A DNA stretch of 64,000 nucleotides from Syntrophorhabdaceae bacterium (lineage in GTDB: Bacteria; Desulfobacterota; Syntrophorhabdia; Syntrophorhabdales; Syntrophorhabdaceae): positions 1 through 64,000 of the forward strand of contig CAXXUO010000008.1 of NCBI GenBank assembly GCA_963666485.2. The letters are read 5' to 3'. Shown piece after piece: positions 27,391 to 37,213 of this stretch. The first letter of the stretch is position 1. Each line of letters starts with the position of its first letter. Under the pieces are notes generated by a model. It had not been told where the DNA came from. It saw only the letters and a program-made list of their open reading frames with translations, and searched no databases. Both the position numbers and the translations under genes were made by a program.

Positions 27391-28994
27391 ATATTGATCA
27401 ACTCCTCCAATATCTGGTCCGTCGTCGTGATGACGCGGGCGTTTGCGGAGTATCCTCTCTGCGCTATGATCATCTTGACGAACTCGGTCGCGAGATCCAC
27501 GTTCGACTGCTCGAGCGAGTTGGCGCTGATCTTACCGAGGCCGCCTTCGCCCGGGGCATTCGTATATGCGACGCCCGATTCTATTGTTTCGGAATACAGG
27601 TTGCTGCCCTCTTTTTTCAAGCCGTTCGGGTTGTTGAAATTGGCGAGCGTGACCTGGTAGAGGTTCAGGATCTGGCCGTTCGAGTAATGGCCCGAAATGA
27701 TGCCCTCCGCGCTTACCGTTGTGCTCTCGAGAACGCCGGGAGGATAACCGTCCTGGGTCTGGAAGTTCGTGGTCGAAGCGATGGGGTACTGGGTGGTCGT
27801 TCCGCCGCCCGACCCTGATCCGAACACGATGTCGATCGACTGGCCGGGGTTTGCGCCCTGCGAGAAGTCGAAGCTGACCGGATTGGCATCCCCCCCTACC
27901 GTCAGTGCGCCGTTGTTGTTGAAGGTCATCGTCCCCCACCCGGCGAGGTCGTTGTTCCCCGTTGCGGAATCCGCTGCGTCAAGGTGTGCCATCCATTCCC
28001 AGACGCTGGTCTGAGTCGCGGGGATCTCGTAAGCCTTACGAAAATAACAGGTCACGACATGGGGCTGGCCGAGGGAGTCATACGCGGTCACCGACGACGA
28101 ATAATTGGATGTCGTGGTCGGGTTCCGTGTGGCGCTCATATAATCGGTAGAGAACCCCTGGAATTGGATGGTCCTGGAATTACCGCCCGTCATTGCCGTA
28201 TCTGTCGTGATATCAAGCCCTGATCCTGCAAAATTCGTATAGCTCGTGCCCGGCGCCACGGTGCCGCTATAGCTGACGGTACCGCCGGTAGCTACCCCCG
28301 TGGGATCGGTCAGGGCGCATGTCACGGTCAGCGTGGCCGGTACGGCCGGCGGTCCCGCCACTGCGGCGGCGTACGAAAGGGTATATGCACCTGTCCTCGG
28401 ATACTTGCCCTCGCTCAAGGTGACGGATGTCACGGTGCCGTTGGCCACGCCGCTCAAGGTTCCCAGCGTCCCGGCAACAGGGGAATCCGATTGCAGGTTC
28501 ACGGACATGCCGATGAACTGGGTTGCCCGCGGTTCACTGGGGGCCTGAGAGATGATGATATCCGTATCGACGCCGGTCGGGGCATTCGTGGTCCGGTCTA
28601 TTTCTCTTCCCTGGAGGATGTCGCCAGCGGGGTTCGTCATGAAACCGTCCGCATCGAACCTGAACTGGCCGGCCCGCGTATAATAATTGGTCTCCGATTC
28701 AGCGGACCTCACGATAAAGAACCCCTTGCCGCCAATGGCAAGGTCCGTCGACTCGCTCGTGCTTTCGAAGCTGCCCTGGGAAAACGACGTGTCAACCGAG
28801 CTGAGCGCCGTGCCCCTGCCGACCTGGCTCGACCCGGAGGTCCCGTTGATCGACTGGTACAGGACATCCTCGAAGGTTGCCCGGCTCCCCTTGAAGCCAA
28901 CGGTGTTCACGTTCGCAATATTGTTGCCGACAACATTGATCGATGAACTGTTTGCGATAAGACCGCTGATGCCTGAAAAGAATGAACTTAACAT
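27381..28994 (-). CDS. flgE: Flagellar hook protein FlgE (long form)
   Basis: VVGNNIANVNTVGFK, TDLAIGGKGFF, YTRAGQF, LEQSNVDLATEFVKMIIAQRGY. Confidence 0.96.
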   Translation of the reverse strand: MLSSFFSGISGLIANSSSINVVGNNIANVNTVGFKGSRATFEDVLYQSINGTSGSSQVGRGTALSSVDTSFSQGSFESTSESTDLAIGGKGFFIVRSAESETNYYTRAGQFRFDADGFMTNPAGDILQGREIDRTTNAPTGVDTDIIISQAPSEPRATQFIGMSVNLQSDSPVAGTLGTLSGVANGTVTSVTLSEGKYPRTGAYTLSYAAAVAGPPAVPATLTVTCALTDPTGVATGGTVSYSGTVAPGTSYTNFAGSGLDITTDTAMTGGNSRTIQFQGFSTDYMSATRNPTTTSNYSSSVTAYDSLGQPHVVTCYFRKAYEIPATQTSVWEWMAHLDAADSATGNNDLAGWGTMTFNNNGALTVGGDANPVSFDFSQGANPGQSIDIVFGSGSGGGTTTQYPIASTTNFQTQDGYPPGVLESTTVSAEGIISGHYSNGQILNLYQVTLANFNNPNGLKKEGSNLYSETIESGVAYTNAPGEGGLGKISANSLEQSNVDLATEFVKMIIAQRGYSANARVITTTDQILEELINIKR

Positions 28995-29008
28995 TGTATG
29001 CCTCCTCG

Positions 29009-29629
29009 TTAATTCTTGATCACTTTAATCGCGCTTGCCGCGTATTCCTCGCCATTTCCGGTCACAAGAGAGACGCCGCTTGTTCCGCTCTTGATCCCCG
29101 TGACTGTCCGGTATGCCGCAGCCGTGCTGCCGACGACGTTGCCGTTGTTGTATGCGACAGCTGCCACCTGCACGGTATTTGAACCTTCGTTCGTATATGT
29201 CAGTGAGTCGCCCTTATACCGGGTGACCCTCTGGGTGCTGCCGTCACCGAGATTCTTGACCGTGAAAACGACCCTGTCATAGTCCGCGGCCGGTGTGACG
29301 GTGAACTGGTCTCCCTGGGAGAGCGTGTTCCCGGCAACCCCGACCTTCTTTCCGATCATGTCCAGCATGTTGCCCGTCTCTGTCTTCGTCGTGAGCTCGC
29401 TGAGAGAGTCATTGATGTTCTGGAGCCTCTCGACCGACGTCAGGGCTGCCAGCTGGTTCATGAACTCGTTCGTTTTCATCGGGTCAAGCGGGTCCTGATA
29501 CTTGAGCTGGGTAACCAGGAGGTTCATGAAGGCATCCATGTTGAGAAGCTGGGTAGCACCCGTTGCGCCCGTTGCGCCCGTTGTCTTTCCCGTTGTGTCG
29601 ACTGTCGTTGTTACGCCTGTGACTGACAT
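29009..29629 (-). CDS. flgD: Flagellar hook capping protein FlgD
   Basis: FMNLLVTQLKYQDPLDPM..EFMNQLA. Confidence 0.93.
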   Translation of the reverse strand: MSVTGVTTTVDTTGKTTGATGATGATQLLNMDAFMNLLVTQLKYQDPLDPMKTNEFMNQLAALTSVERLQNINDSLSELTTKTETGNMLDMIGKKVGVAGNTLSQGDQFTVTPAADYDRVVFTVKNLGDGSTQRVTRYKGDSLTYTNEGSNTVQVAAVAYNNGNVVGSTAAAYRTVTGIKSGTSGVSLVTGNGEEYAASAIKVIKN

Positions 29630-29642
29630 AGTCCCTCCCTAT

Positions 29643-31082
29643 TTAAGCCAGTGCCTCAAAAAAATTACCAAAATCTTCCGCCTGTTCCGCAGCGTCCTCG
29701 CCGCGTTCCCGGTGCCTGCCCTGCTCATGCCGCCTTTGTGCATCCTGGTCAATATCAACGTGGATGGTCGTCATGATGTGCTTGTCTTCCAGGTTCCTCA
29801 CGAGGTCATTTTTCTGTGACTGGATAAAGTTCATCGTATTGTTATTGGCCGTTTTAACTTCCACGGTAACGCTCGTACCCTCGTTACGCATGCCGACGAG
29901 GATCGTCTCGGAATCATCGATCTTCAGCCTGACCGTCATGTCCATTCCCAGGTTCTTGCCTGCGTACTGCTCCGTGATCTTTTCTATCTTGTCGATCATC
30001 ATCGCACCGAAATCGTTTTTCGCTGCAGCATGTATCGCGGGTTTGTGCTGTTCGCTGCCCTGGTGCGAATTTCCATTCAGGCTGAGATTGTTCTCGTTCG
30101 CAGGCTTCTCGCCGGTGTCATTTTTTACGTCAGGGTCCTCTTTCTCGGTTACCCGGATAATGATCCTGTCAACGTCGACTTTTTCTTTCACGGGAGTATC
30201 CGGACGGTCGGGCGCATTCTCGGCCTTTTTTTCGTCCAGCATCACTACCGCGGGGGAAGGAGGTCTCTTCTGCACGTCCTGCATCGATACGTCGACGATC
30301 TTTGCCTCTTTGGCCGACCGGGTGACCTCAACCAGGAATGCCGGGGTCCCGGCCGGCTTTTCCTGTACTTCGCCCTGTCCCGCCGCAAAAACACCAGCGT
30401 CGTGCGCCGGCCCATTGGCCGGGTTGACCGGCTTAAGCTCGCTATTCCCCCGTATCTCGAGCGGCTCCGGAGGCCGAATCTCCAGCTGCGGGGACTTGGG
30501 TTCCCCTGCATCCTGCCCGGCCGTTTCAGTATCCTTACGGGCCATCGCGTTGAGCGCTGTTAAAAACACGGCAAGGGAACCGACAAATGAATTGGCCGCG
30601 GCATTGTCGAGGCCTTTTTGGCCCGCATCCCCTGCCGGGTCAGCCCGGCCGGCATCGTTGCCCGTCTCGACCGGGGCCTTGCCCGTAAGTTCCACCTCAT
30701 CACCACCCGACAGAACATCCAGGATGTTGTGGAGAAACTCCGTAACGGTCGAAAGGTCCTGCTGTGGCGGTTGAGGTGCGATCGGCCCTGCGATCATCTC
30801 CGTGAGTGCCGAGACAAGGATCGAAATTGCCGGATTGTCATGGGGGACCCCCTCGGCGACGTTGCCTTGTCCCTTTCCCCCGGCCTGGCCTGCATCCGCA
30901 GACGTATCTTTCGCCAATTCCGGCAACGCCATGCCAAGGATGCCGTTCATCATTTTCTGAGAGAAAAGGGCCAGGAACAGGTCCTGTCCTTCCTGAGGGG
31001 CATTCGAGCCGCCCTGCGGCACCACTTGATTCCCTGTTCCGAAGAAATTTGCCATCAGGCAATTCAATATGAGATTTTCCAT
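29643..31082 (-). CDS. fliK: Probable hook-length control protein FliK (divergent)
   Basis: Low-complexity N-terminus with a compact C-terminal alpha/beta domain; sits between fliJ and flgD. Confidence 0.7.
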   Translation of the reverse strand: MENLILNCLMANFFGTGNQVVPQGGSNAPQEGQDLFLALFSQKMMNGILGMALPELAKDTSADAGQAGGKGQGNVAEGVPHDNPAISILVSALTEMIAGPIAPQPPQQDLSTVTEFLHNILDVLSGGDEVELTGKAPVETGNDAGRADPAGDAGQKGLDNAAANSFVGSLAVFLTALNAMARKDTETAGQDAGEPKSPQLEIRPPEPLEIRGNSELKPVNPANGPAHDAGVFAAGQGEVQEKPAGTPAFLVEVTRSAKEAKIVDVSMQDVQKRPPSPAVVMLDEKKAENAPDRPDTPVKEKVDVDRIIIRVTEKEDPDVKNDTGEKPANENNLSLNGNSHQGSEQHKPAIHAAAKNDFGAMMIDKIEKITEQYAGKNLGMDMTVRLKIDDSETILVGMRNEGTSVTVEVKTANNNTMNFIQSQKNDLVRNLEDKHIMTTIHVDIDQDAQRRHEQGRHRERGEDAAEQAEDFGNFFEALA

Positions 31083-31094
31083 GGCATTTCCTAA

Positions 31095-31210
31095 AACAAA
31101 ATCCGTGCCAGATCATGAAACATAATGATATCAACTATTTATGTAAAAGAAGGTCAGCCCGGCGCAGGGAAATTATGGAAAAAACTTCCACCGGGGGGAA
31201 AATTTTTCCC
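31095..31210 (-). promoter_or_regulatory. sigma54 promoter, IHF site and paired upstream palindromes for fliK-flgD-flgE
   Basis: TGGCAC-GGATT-TTGTT (31110-31095); TATCAACTATTTA matching WATCAANNNNTTR (31129-31141); TGGAA-N5-TTCCA (31176-31190) and GGGAA-N5-TTCCC (31196-31210). Confidence 0.7.
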
Positions 31211-31323
31211 GGTTGGAGACCCGGGCGGCACGTTGAGACGCATCTTTTTTACCCGGGTGACGCAGGTGAAGATCATTGGGCGGCGGGGATGTTTCCTGAG
31301 AATAAATGAAAGTGATACGGGTT

Positions 31324-31752
31324 TCAGATCTTCGTGTGGCCGAGCCTGAGGGCGAGCGCGTCGAGCATCTTTTGTTCACGCCTCAGTTCGCCCTTCCGGA
31401 ATGCGGTCATTACCTTGTCCCGCAATTTGCAGAGCATCTTCAGTTCCCTGGTGTATTCATATAATTCCTGGTACAGGACATCGATATTCTCCTGCAGGGA
31501 GTTCTTATCACAGATGTATGCCGAGCGTGACGTATCGAGATAATCCAGGTAGTCAGTGAGAACGGCGAAATCATTCCCGGACAGCGCCGTCGAGTATAGT
31601 TTCGCATGATTCTGGGAGATCACCCCTTCGATAGATTCGATCTCGCGGCAGATCGACGCCATTTTGATATTCGCTTCCTCGATCTCCCGTTCTTTGTCTT
31701 TCTTAATATTTTCCTTGATCTCGATGATCTTGTTGATGCGTTTCCTATCCAT
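31324..31752 (-). CDS. fliJ: Flagellar export protein FliJ
   Basis: 142-aa coiled-coil protein after fliI, with C-terminal REQKMLD. Confidence 0.8.
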   Translation of the reverse strand: MDRKRINKIIEIKENIKKDKEREIEEANIKMASICREIESIEGVISQNHAKLYSTALSGNDFAVLTDYLDYLDTSRSAYICDKNSLQENIDVLYQELYEYTRELKMLCKLRDKVMTAFRKGELRREQKMLDALALRLGHTKI

Positions 31753-31789
31753 GACAAATCACCGGGTGATGGACAATACAACACTCGCC

Positions 31790-31891
31790 GTCATCCCGGG
31801 CTTGACCCGGGATCCAGTCAACCGGTTTATCCAAAGATAGAAAGAAAAGACGCTGGATTCCGGCACCCGGAGGGTACCCGGCCGGAATGAC
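31790..31891. repeat. Palindrome doublet between fliI and fliJ (no heptamer flanks)
   Basis: GTCATCCCGGGCTTGACCCGGGATCCAG ... AAAGACGCTGGATTCCGGCACCCGGAGGGTACCCGGCCGGAATGAC. Confidence 0.82.
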
Positions 31892-31904
31892 GTGGAAGGG
31901 TAGG

Positions 31905-33230
31905 TTACACATAGAACAGTATCTTCATGCTATTCTGCGTCTCTTCCAGCCGCACGCGCTCGTCCACGCCCTGCTGCAGGAATGTCCTGACCTTGTCGAT
32001 CATTGCGATGGCGTTGTCCACCTTCTGGTTGTTTCCCGGTGTATAGGCGCCTATGTTGATGAGGTCCTCGGCCCGCTCGAACTCCGCGAGTATCTCGACG
32101 ATACGGCCCGCGTATTCGCTCTGCTCTTTCGGGGTTATGTCCTTCATGAGCCTCGAGACACTGCGCAGGACATCAATAGGGGGATAATGGTTGGCGTCGG
32201 AGAGTTTCCGGGAGAGTACCACGTGTCCGTCCAGAATGGAGCGCGCGGCATCGGCAATCGGGTCATCGAGGTCATCGCCTTCGACCAGGACCGTGTAGAT
32301 CGCGGTCATCGACCCTTCACTGTAGCCATTCCCCGCCCTTTCGAGCACCTTTGCAAGGAGCGAAAAAACGCTCGGCGTGTATCCCTTGGATGTCGGGGGT
32401 TCACCGATGGCAAGCCCTATCTCGCGCTGGGCCATGCTGAATCGGGTGAGCGAGTCCATGAGGAGCAGTACATTTTTCCCGCGGTCCCGGAAATACTCGG
32501 CAAGCGCGATCGTCAGGAAGGCGCCCCGCACACGGATAAGCGGCGGCTGGTCCGACGTCGCGACAACGACAACGGAATTCTTGATGCCGTCGCCGAGGTC
32601 ACGCTCAATAAATTCACGCACCTCGCGGCCGCGTTCGCCTATAAGGCCGATGACGTTGACATTGGCCTCCGTATGACGGGCGATCATGCCGAGCAGGACG
32701 CTTTTCCCCACGCCGGAACCGGCAAAGATACCTATCCTCTGTCCCTTGCCGCATGTAAGCAGGCCATTGATGCTCCTGACCCCCAGGTCGAGCGGTTCTG
32801 TAATGCGTTTCTTGCGCATGGGATTGACCGTTTCACGGTAGATCGGTACGGATTCCGTGCAGTTGAGAGGCCCCTTGCCGTCCATCGGGTTGCCGAGCCC
32901 GTCTATGACCCGGCCGAGCAGGCCCTCGCCCGCGAGGGTATCGGCGTTGCGCTTCTTCGACAGGATCCGCGAGCCGATCCCGACGCCCCGTATATCGCCG
33001 AGCGGCATGAGAAGCGTCTTGCCGTCCCGGAACCCGACCACTTCCGCGTCAATGGGGACGTTGCTGTCTACCGGATAAATGAGTGCTGAATCACCCACGG
33101 ACGAGATGGGGCCTTTGCCTTCTATGACAAGGCCCACCACCTGGTTCACCTTCCCGTACACGCGGTACGGGTACATGTTCGCGAGCATGTCGCGGGTGAG
33201 CGTCAAAGTCTGGTCAGTCTGCGCGTCCAT
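31905..33230 (-). CDS. fliI: Flagellar export ATPase FliI
   Basis: GIFAGSGVGKS, GERGREVREF, MDSLTRF, GEPPTSKGY, LDGHVVLSR. Confidence 0.97.
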   Translation of the reverse strand: MDAQTDQTLTLTRDMLANMYPYRVYGKVNQVVGLVIEGKGPISSVGDSALIYPVDSNVPIDAEVVGFRDGKTLLMPLGDIRGVGIGSRILSKKRNADTLAGEGLLGRVIDGLGNPMDGKGPLNCTESVPIYRETVNPMRKKRITEPLDLGVRSINGLLTCGKGQRIGIFAGSGVGKSVLLGMIARHTEANVNVIGLIGERGREVREFIERDLGDGIKNSVVVVATSDQPPLIRVRGAFLTIALAEYFRDRGKNVLLLMDSLTRFSMAQREIGLAIGEPPTSKGYTPSVFSLLAKVLERAGNGYSEGSMTAIYTVLVEGDDLDDPIADAARSILDGHVVLSRKLSDANHYPPIDVLRSVSRLMKDITPKEQSEYAGRIVEILAEFERAEDLINIGAYTPGNNQKVDNAIAMIDKVRTFLQQGVDERVRLEETQNSMKILFYV

Positions 33231-33855
33231 TCAAGAATTCCCTTTTCAGTTCCTCTATCTGGACGGAAACGCGCCCGTCGATGTCACCGAAATTCGTCTC
33301 GATGACAAACCCCGGCTCATGCAGGTTGTCATCCCTGATGATCTTGAAATCCTGCAGCTCGTCCACACCAATGAGGTCTGCATCCTCTTTGCGCAGCCGG
33401 ATGGTCGTGCCGCTCCTTCCCTCGCACAGGGAAAGGGCCTTCCTGACCATTCTCAGCGTGCCCTCGCGGTCGTCCCTGCATTCCTTGAGGACGATCGCCT
33501 CGGCAAATAAGAGGGCCAGTTCCGTGGAAAGGTTCTCGGCCCTTTTTATAAGCTCTTCCTTGAACACGGACAGTTCCGCAAGGAATGTCCCCAGCCTCTT
33601 GACGAGCGGTTCCACCCTCTGCATGCCCATCTTGTGCCCGGCTTTTTCACCCTCGGCATATGCCTCTTCAAATACGCGCCGCGCCTCTTCTTCAAGATTT
33701 ATTGCGGCGGCTTTCGGGGGTGCGTGAGATCCATGGTCTTCGAATCCGGACTGCCCGTCCTCGAACAGCCTGATGAAATCTGAGGATGTTTTCTCCTGGT
33801 TATCATCGTCTGCTAGGTCGGTCAGGTTGAAAGTTTCCATGGCGTACGTTCTCAC
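33214..33855 (-). CDS. fliH: Flagellar assembly protein FliH
   Basis: AYAEGEKAG (AxxxG) repeat, GFVIETNFGDIDG; lies between fliG and fliI. Confidence 0.88.
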   Translation of the reverse strand: MRTYAMETFNLTDLADDDNQEKTSSDFIRLFEDGQSGFEDHGSHAPPKAAAINLEEEARRVFEEAYAEGEKAGHKMGMQRVEPLVKRLGTFLAELSVFKEELIKRAENLSTELALLFAEAIVLKECRDDREGTLRMVRKALSLCEGRSGTTIRLRKEDADLIGVDELQDFKIIRDDNLHEPGFVIETNFGDIDGRVSVQIEELKREFLNGRAD

Positions 33856-34853
33856 ACAAACTCTTCATTGCCCCGCGAAAGGACGATCTTGCCTTCGCTT
33901 TCGAGCTTTTTCGCGATCATCGCGATCTTTACCTGGGCCTTCTCGACATCGGATAAGCGTACGGGGCCCATTGCCTCGAGATCTTCCTTCAGCATTGCTG
34001 CGGCCCTCTCCGACATGTTGGAGAATATCTTCTCTTTCATGCTGTCTGAGGCACCCTTCAGTGCCACGCCGACATCCTCGGACGAGATCTCCTTCAAGAG
34101 TGTCTGGATGCTCCTGTCGTCGAGGCTGCCAAGGTCTTCGAAGGTGAACATGAGCTGCCGGATGCGTTCGGCCAGTTCGGGGTTCGTTTCTTCGAGCTTG
34201 CCGAGCAGTTCGGACTCCAGCGTCCTGTCCATCTGGTTTAAGATCGATGCGACCACCTCGACGCCGCCCAACTGTTTTCCCTGGGCACCGCCAATTGTGC
34301 TTTCAAGCTGTTCACGTATAACACTTTCGACCTCGGCAAGTATGTTGAGATCGACCTTCTCAAGGTTGGCCATCCTCACGACAACGTCGGTCTGGACCCT
34401 GTCCGGAAGACAGCTTATCGCTTCCCCCGCTTTTTTTGTCCCGAGGATGGACAGGACGAGGGCCATGGTCTGGGGATGCTCTTCCCTGATCACATTTGCA
34501 AGGACACGCGGATCGCAGCGCTTTAAGAATTCGCCGGGTACACCCTTCTTGGTATCGAGCTGGCCAAGGAGGAGATCGGCCTTCTCTTCGTCGAAGCTCT
34601 GCTTCACAAGCTGGCGGAATTTGTTCTCTCCGCCAACGACGTTCTTGCTCTTCTTCGAAACCCTCGTCATGAACTCTTCCTGGACCTTGTGGACAACATG
34701 GTCCGGAATGAGCTTCAGGTTCGATATCTCTTTGCCGATGGCCTCGATGTCCTGCTCATCGAGCCCTTTCATGACCTCCTTCGTTATCTCGTCGTCCATG
34801 GTCAAAAGGAGAATGGCGGCCTTTCTGACTCCGGAGAGGTCTTCAGTGTTCAT
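33852..34853 (-). CDS. fliG: Flagellar motor switch protein FliG
   Basis: KAAILLL, EHPQTMALVL, GGVEVVASILN, MFTFEDL, NMSERAA, GPVRLSDVE. Confidence 0.97.
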   Translation of the reverse strand: MNTEDLSGVRKAAILLLTMDDEITKEVMKGLDEQDIEAIGKEISNLKLIPDHVVHKVQEEFMTRVSKKSKNVVGGENKFRQLVKQSFDEEKADLLLGQLDTKKGVPGEFLKRCDPRVLANVIREEHPQTMALVLSILGTKKAGEAISCLPDRVQTDVVVRMANLEKVDLNILAEVESVIREQLESTIGGAQGKQLGGVEVVASILNQMDRTLESELLGKLEETNPELAERIRQLMFTFEDLGSLDDRSIQTLLKEISSEDVGVALKGASDSMKEKIFSNMSERAAAMLKEDLEAMGPVRLSDVEKAQVKIAMIAKKLESEGKIVLSRGNEEFV

Positions 34854-34856
34854 CTA

Positions 34857-36476
34857 TCAGGTCCCTTCCTTTACCCAGTCTTTGATGACCGAACCCACGA
34901 CCTGTTTGTCGCGCATGATATCGTTGAGCGCCGCCTGCTGCCTGTTCTCTATCGCGGGAGCTGCATCCTGCCCCGCACCGACGCCTTTCATATAGACATC
35001 CTTGACCTGGTACAGGGACGCCTGGTCGGCCCGTGACTTGAGAAATCCCATGAGGGGTTTGACGACGAAGAAGAATATCGCGGCGAGCATCAGGGCATAG
35101 AAGCCGTACTTGCCGAAAGAAAAGATCATTTCCTTGCGGTCCGCCGCATCGAGGAGCCCTTTTTCATCGGCAAGGTTCTCCGTCTCGAACGGGACATTGA
35201 GGACCTCGATCTTGTCGCCGCGCTCTTCGTCTATACCGACCGCCCTGGCGACAATGCCCTTGATATCGTTCATTTCTTTCTGTGATCTCGGCGAGTATTT
35301 CAACTCCTCCCCGTTCTGGCCTTTCACTTTTTCATATTTGCCGTCGAGCACGATCGCGACGGACATTTTCTTGATATCCCCGTACGGTTCGACGATCTTC
35401 TTGACCGTCTTGCTGACCTCGTATGTTACCTGCGATTCCTCACGTTCCGATTCGCTGCCTTTGAAGGAGGACGTGGCCGTCTCGGCTCCCCCTTGAGGTG
35501 TCTGTTTACCGACCGCGTTCGGGACATTCGACGCGACGCCGGGTACGCCGGATGCAGCTCCCGATGACCTGTTCAGGTTCTTTTCCCTGCTCTTGCGCTC
35601 GTTTGTCGGGACCCTCTTGTTCGGATCGTACTCCTCTTCCACCTTTTCAACCTTGCGAAGGTTGAGCTCGACATTGGCCCGGATTATCGACTTGTTGGCC
35701 GGGAGGAAGCGGTTGAGCATTGACTGGACCGAATCCTCGATGGTCCTTTCGACGTTCTTCTGAAGTTCGTACTGCTGGCCCGACATCGCCATGTCGGTAC
35801 CGGCGCTGCCGGCCTTGTACAGGACCTTGCCGAAGGAATCGACCACCGTGATATTGTCCGGTTTGAGCCCTTCTATGCTGCCTGACACGAGGTGGACCAA
35901 TCCCGATACCTGCTCTTTCGACAGGGATTTGCCGGACCTCAATTTCAGGAAGACGGATGCCGTGACCTCTTTTTCCCGGTCGGTGAAGAGCGTCTTTTCC
36001 GGGATCGCGATATGGACCCGGGAAGCCCTGACCTCGGGCATCTGGTTTATCGTGCGCGAAAGCTCACCTTGTATGGCGCGTTTGTAATTGATGTTCTGCA
36101 TGAACTCGGTCATGCCGTAATTTGTCTTGTCGAACAGCTCGAACCCGATCCCGCCGCCGCCAGGAAGAGCGTTCTGGCCGGCGAGCTGAAGCCTCACGTC
36201 GTGCACCTTGTCCTTGGGAACGGATACAGAGGTGCCGCCGAGCGCGAGCTTGTAGGGGACCTTCATCTCCTTGAGCTTCGCGACGATCACCGAGGCATCT
36301 TCCGTCGAGAGGCCGGCAAAGAGCGTCTGGTACGACTCTTTCTGAAGGATCGAAAGGCCGAGGATAGAACCGCCCACGACGGCTATGAAAAGAAAGACGT
36401 ACATGTACAGTTTACTTTTCGGGGCTGTCCTCAGGAAATTTTTGCCGTTGTTGAGAAGTTCGTCTATCGGAGGCAT
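34857..36476 (-). CDS. fliF: Flagellar MS-ring protein FliF
   Basis: GFELFDK, RAIQGELSRTI, RVHIAIP, TASVFL, GVPGVASN; two TM helices. Confidence 0.96.
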   Translation of the reverse strand: MPPIDELLNNGKNFLRTAPKSKLYMYVFLFIAVVGGSILGLSILQKESYQTLFAGLSTEDASVIVAKLKEMKVPYKLALGGTSVSVPKDKVHDVRLQLAGQNALPGGGGIGFELFDKTNYGMTEFMQNINYKRAIQGELSRTINQMPEVRASRVHIAIPEKTLFTDREKEVTASVFLKLRSGKSLSKEQVSGLVHLVSGSIEGLKPDNITVVDSFGKVLYKAGSAGTDMAMSGQQYELQKNVERTIEDSVQSMLNRFLPANKSIIRANVELNLRKVEKVEEEYDPNKRVPTNERKSREKNLNRSSGAASGVPGVASNVPNAVGKQTPQGGAETATSSFKGSESEREESQVTYEVSKTVKKIVEPYGDIKKMSVAIVLDGKYEKVKGQNGEELKYSPRSQKEMNDIKGIVARAVGIDEERGDKIEVLNVPFETENLADEKGLLDAADRKEMIFSFGKYGFYALMLAAIFFFVVKPLMGFLKSRADQASLYQVKDVYMKGVGAGQDAAPAIENRQQAALNDIMRDKQVVGSVIKDWVKEGT

Positions 36477-36479
36477 ACG

Positions 36480-36767
36480 TTATACCTGCATTCTCATGAT
36501 CTCGTCATACGCGCTCAAGATCTTGTTGCGTATCTGCATCATCATCTGAAACGAGAGATCGGCTTTTTCGACGGCGATCATCGTGCTCTGAACGTCCGTG
36601 TTCTCCATTTTGACCAGTTTTTCCATTTCCGTACCGGCATCTTTTTCAAGCTCGACAACCTTCTTGATGGAGTCTTTCAGGACGTCCCCGAAAGATGTCT
36701 TTGCCTTTTCATTCGCCGGCTTCTGGACCTCGCCAAAATTGGGGAGAGAGAAACTTTCAACCTTCAT
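36480..36767 (-). CDS. fliE: Flagellar basal-body protein FliE
   Basis: MIAVEKADLSF..IRNKILSAYDEIMRMQV. Confidence 0.96.
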   Translation of the reverse strand: MKVESFSLPNFGEVQKPANEKAKTSFGDVLKDSIKKVVELEKDAGTEMEKLVKMENTDVQSTMIAVEKADLSFQMMMQIRNKILSAYDEIMRMQV

Positions 36768-36778
36768 GGCACGCCTCC

Positions 36779-37210
36779 CTATTTAATGAGCTCGAGTGTC
36801 TTGATGAACATGTCCTTGGTCGTGGTCAGCACGTTGACATTGGCTTCATACGCGCGCGCCGCGGCCGTCATGTCCGTCATCTCTTCCATCATGTTCACGT
36901 TCGACAACGTAACATACCCTTTTTCGTCAGCATCGGGATGGCCGGGGTTATACACCTGCTGGAAAGGCTTGTCGCTCTCCCGGACACCGTCGACGTGAAC
37001 GCCGTCCACCTGCCGCGCGAGCGCCTGCCGGAACCCTGAATCCTCGGAGACATCGACGGTCTTGAAGAGGACCTCTTTCTTCCTGTAGGGCCCGCCCTCG
37101 TCGGTCTTCGTTGTCTGGACATTCGCGAGGTTCGATGCGATCGTGTCCATCCTGGTCCTCTGCGCCTTCATTCCCGATGCACTGATTTTGAAGATATCGA
37201 ATACACCCAT
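36779..37210 (-). CDS. flgC: Flagellar rod protein FlgC
   Basis: SASGMKAQRTRMDTIASNLAN, GGPYRKK, YNPGHPDAD, RAYEAN. Confidence 0.97.
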   Translation of the reverse strand: MGVFDIFKISASGMKAQRTRMDTIASNLANVQTTKTDEGGPYRKKEVLFKTVDVSEDSGFRQALARQVDGVHVDGVRESDKPFQQVYNPGHPDADEKGYVTLSNVNMMEEMTDMTAAARAYEANVNVLTTTKDMFIKTLELIK

Positions 37211-37213
37211 ACG

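Noticed and set aside
29557..29584. 9-nt tandem repeat in flgD (CCCGTTGCG-like)
   Set aside because: An in-frame repeat encoding TGATGATGA in a low-complexity N-terminus, unrelated to the intergenic arrays.
19837..36476. Non-flagellar type III secretion system
   Set aside because: The export genes are accompanied by flgBCDE, fliEFGLM, flhFG, fliA and motAB, so the system is flagellar.
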